A stretch of DNA of 64,000 nt from a bacterium (GTDB lineage Bacteria > Zhuqueibacterota > Zhuqueibacteria > Residuimicrobiales > Krinioviventaceae). Each line of letters begins with the position of its first letter. Position 1 is the stretch's first letter. The stretch covers positions 1-64,000 of the forward strand of contig OY843751.1 of assembly GCA_963693055.1 (NCBI GenBank), given 5' to 3'. Below, piece after piece: positions 62,627-64,000 of this stretch. Below the pieces are notes generated by a model. The model searched no databases, was not told where the DNA came from, and worked only from the letters and a program-made list of their open reading frames with translations. Made by a program: the position numbers and the translations under genes.

Positions 62627-64000
62627 TTAGCGAAGCAAAGTACATTTTTTAATTAAAGTATTACTGTTTGTTGCGAGGCGTATAAAATAGATACCGGAGG
62701 GATGGGCTGCGGCTTGCCATATCAATTCATAATTGCCTGCGGTTTGGGTGCCACTAAACAAATGATCAATCCGTTGACCCGTAATATTATAGATTTCAAT
62801 GTTGACACGGGAAGGTTTTTCGAGTTGATAGGCTATTGTGGTATTATTATTAAAAGGATTGGGGTAATTCTGAACCAAACGGGTAGTTTTGGGTGTTTTC
62901 CCGGTTTTAATACCTGATATGGTTTGCGGCATGGCCTTTAACGTGTTGAATATTTGCAGTTTTCCACTACCCCAGGCATTGTTAGGTGTTGAGCCGGTGA
63001 GTTCATCCTGCAAGGCGCCTTGTGCCAGCAGAGATCTGATTTGGACGACAGAGAGTGTCGAATCGATTTGCAGCATTAGTGCAATAGCTCCTGCTGCATG
63101 CGGACCGGAAAAACTGGTGCCTTCAACGCTTCTGTAGCCTCCGCTGAATTGTGGATAGCGGGTGTTGACGTCGGGAGTAAAGATCAGCTTGCCCGGGGCG
63201 GTAATATCTACACATTCCATACCATCGATTCTTGGCCCAATACCACTAAAGGTTGACAACTCGCCGGCAGGCTGATTGGTGGTCCGGATGTTAAAAGAGC
63301 CAACAGTCACCGCGCTGTCTGCTGTGGCAGGTAGTGTGACTGTGGCATTTTTTGTTGCATATGCATTGAAAAAAGCGCCATGTTCCCAGCCAAAGCGGGG
63401 ATCATAAGCATAACCATCCAAATGTCTTGTGGTGTTGGAAGGATTTTTTATGGTTATAGTCCAGTCACTTCCCACACGGTTGAGTCTGTACAGGACAATA
63501 TCGTATCGGCCTGTACCGCGCTCAGACTGCTGATGGGTGGTCCATATGTTAAAGAGCATGGAAGGAGTGATCTCTGAGGTCGCATCGAGTTTGAAATACT
63601 GTCCATCAGGAGACAGTAAACTGAAATCAAACAGGGAATCCTGATCTGTGAACAGAAATGACAAGAAAAATGGCGTACCGTTATTGTCCTGAATGATGGG
63701 CCAGGTTACACTAAAGGATATGGAATTGTTTGGCGGGATGTCCGCTTCCATGTGAACATCTGCCAGGTTCATATTGCCGGAGGGTATTACCGGAATGACA
63801 CCCCTGGCCGCAAGCGAATCCATCATGATCTCTTCATGAGATGACCCGTCCAGATATTCCTGCGAGTACCAGCCTTGTTCATACGTAACCAGATTTACAT
63901 CTGCTTCCGCCAGATACTCGAGGGTGCCGTAAACCAGGTCTGCATCGGGTGCTATGCCGGTTAGCGCGTTTACACCCGGCCAGCCTCCGGCAAGAATACC
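62627..64000 (-). CDS. S8 subtilisin-like peptidase with C-terminal sorting-type domain (5' end outside window)
   Basis: Frame open to window end (GILAG..GIAPDADL); SGN, DITAPG, GTSFSGPHAAG; tail QNYPNPFNNNTTI. Confidence 0.9.
   Translation of the reverse strand, partial: GILAGGWPGVNALTGIAPDADLVYGTLEYLAEADVNLVTYEQGWYSQEYLDGSSHEEIMMDSLAARGVIPVIPSGNMNLADVHMEADIPPNNSISFSVTWPIIQDNNGTPFFLSFLFTDQDSLFDFSLLSPDGQYFKLDATSEITPSMLFNIWTTHQQSERGTGRYDIVLYRLNRVGSDWTITIKNPSNTTRHLDGYAYDPRFGWEHGAFFNAYATKNATVTLPATADSAVTVGSFNIRTTNQPAGELSTFSGIGPRIDGMECVDITAPGKLIFTPDVNTRYPQFSGGYRSVEGTSFSGPHAAGAIALMLQIDSTLSVVQIRSLLAQGALQDELTGSTPNNAWGSGKLQIFNTLKAMPQTISGIKTGKTPKTTRLVQNYPNPFNNNTTIAYQLEKPSRVNIEIYNITGQRIDHLFSGTQTAGNYELIWQAAAHPSGIYFIRLATNSNTLIKKCTLLR

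Overview
Bacterial chromosomal window. An FCB-superphylum lineage such as KSB1 or Calditrichota is inferred from the GWxTD protein, three proteins ending in an L.QNYPNPFN C-terminal sorting-type domain, and pdxST. Roughly 1-40.4 kb is mostly plus-strand core genes: purF, ftsY, rimO, purN, purH, mreB, a class A PBP, pdxS/pdxT, selA, secD/secF, purA and a two-component pair. It also holds three notable blocks: a UbiA-ferredoxin-geranylgeranyl reductase-CDP-alcohol transferase cluster resembling archaeal ether-lipid genes, a beta-CASP nuclease next to a JAB-DinG helicase fusion, and a probable sigma54-controlled secreted/outer-membrane operon. Roughly 40.4-64 kb is accessory and mostly minus-strand: glycan-degrading enzymes, secreted proteases, three apparent pseudogenes, REP-like palindromes and a 103-bp direct repeat. 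The most striking feature is a 1832-bp element at 56397-58228. It is bounded by 14/15-bp inverted repeats that start with CATATG, sits 3 bp after a host stop codon, and encodes only two paralogous DUF1670-like HTH proteins with no recognisable transposase. It is a candidate undescribed insertion-sequence type. No rRNA, tRNA or CRISPR array was seen. All family calls come from motif recognition, not database searches.
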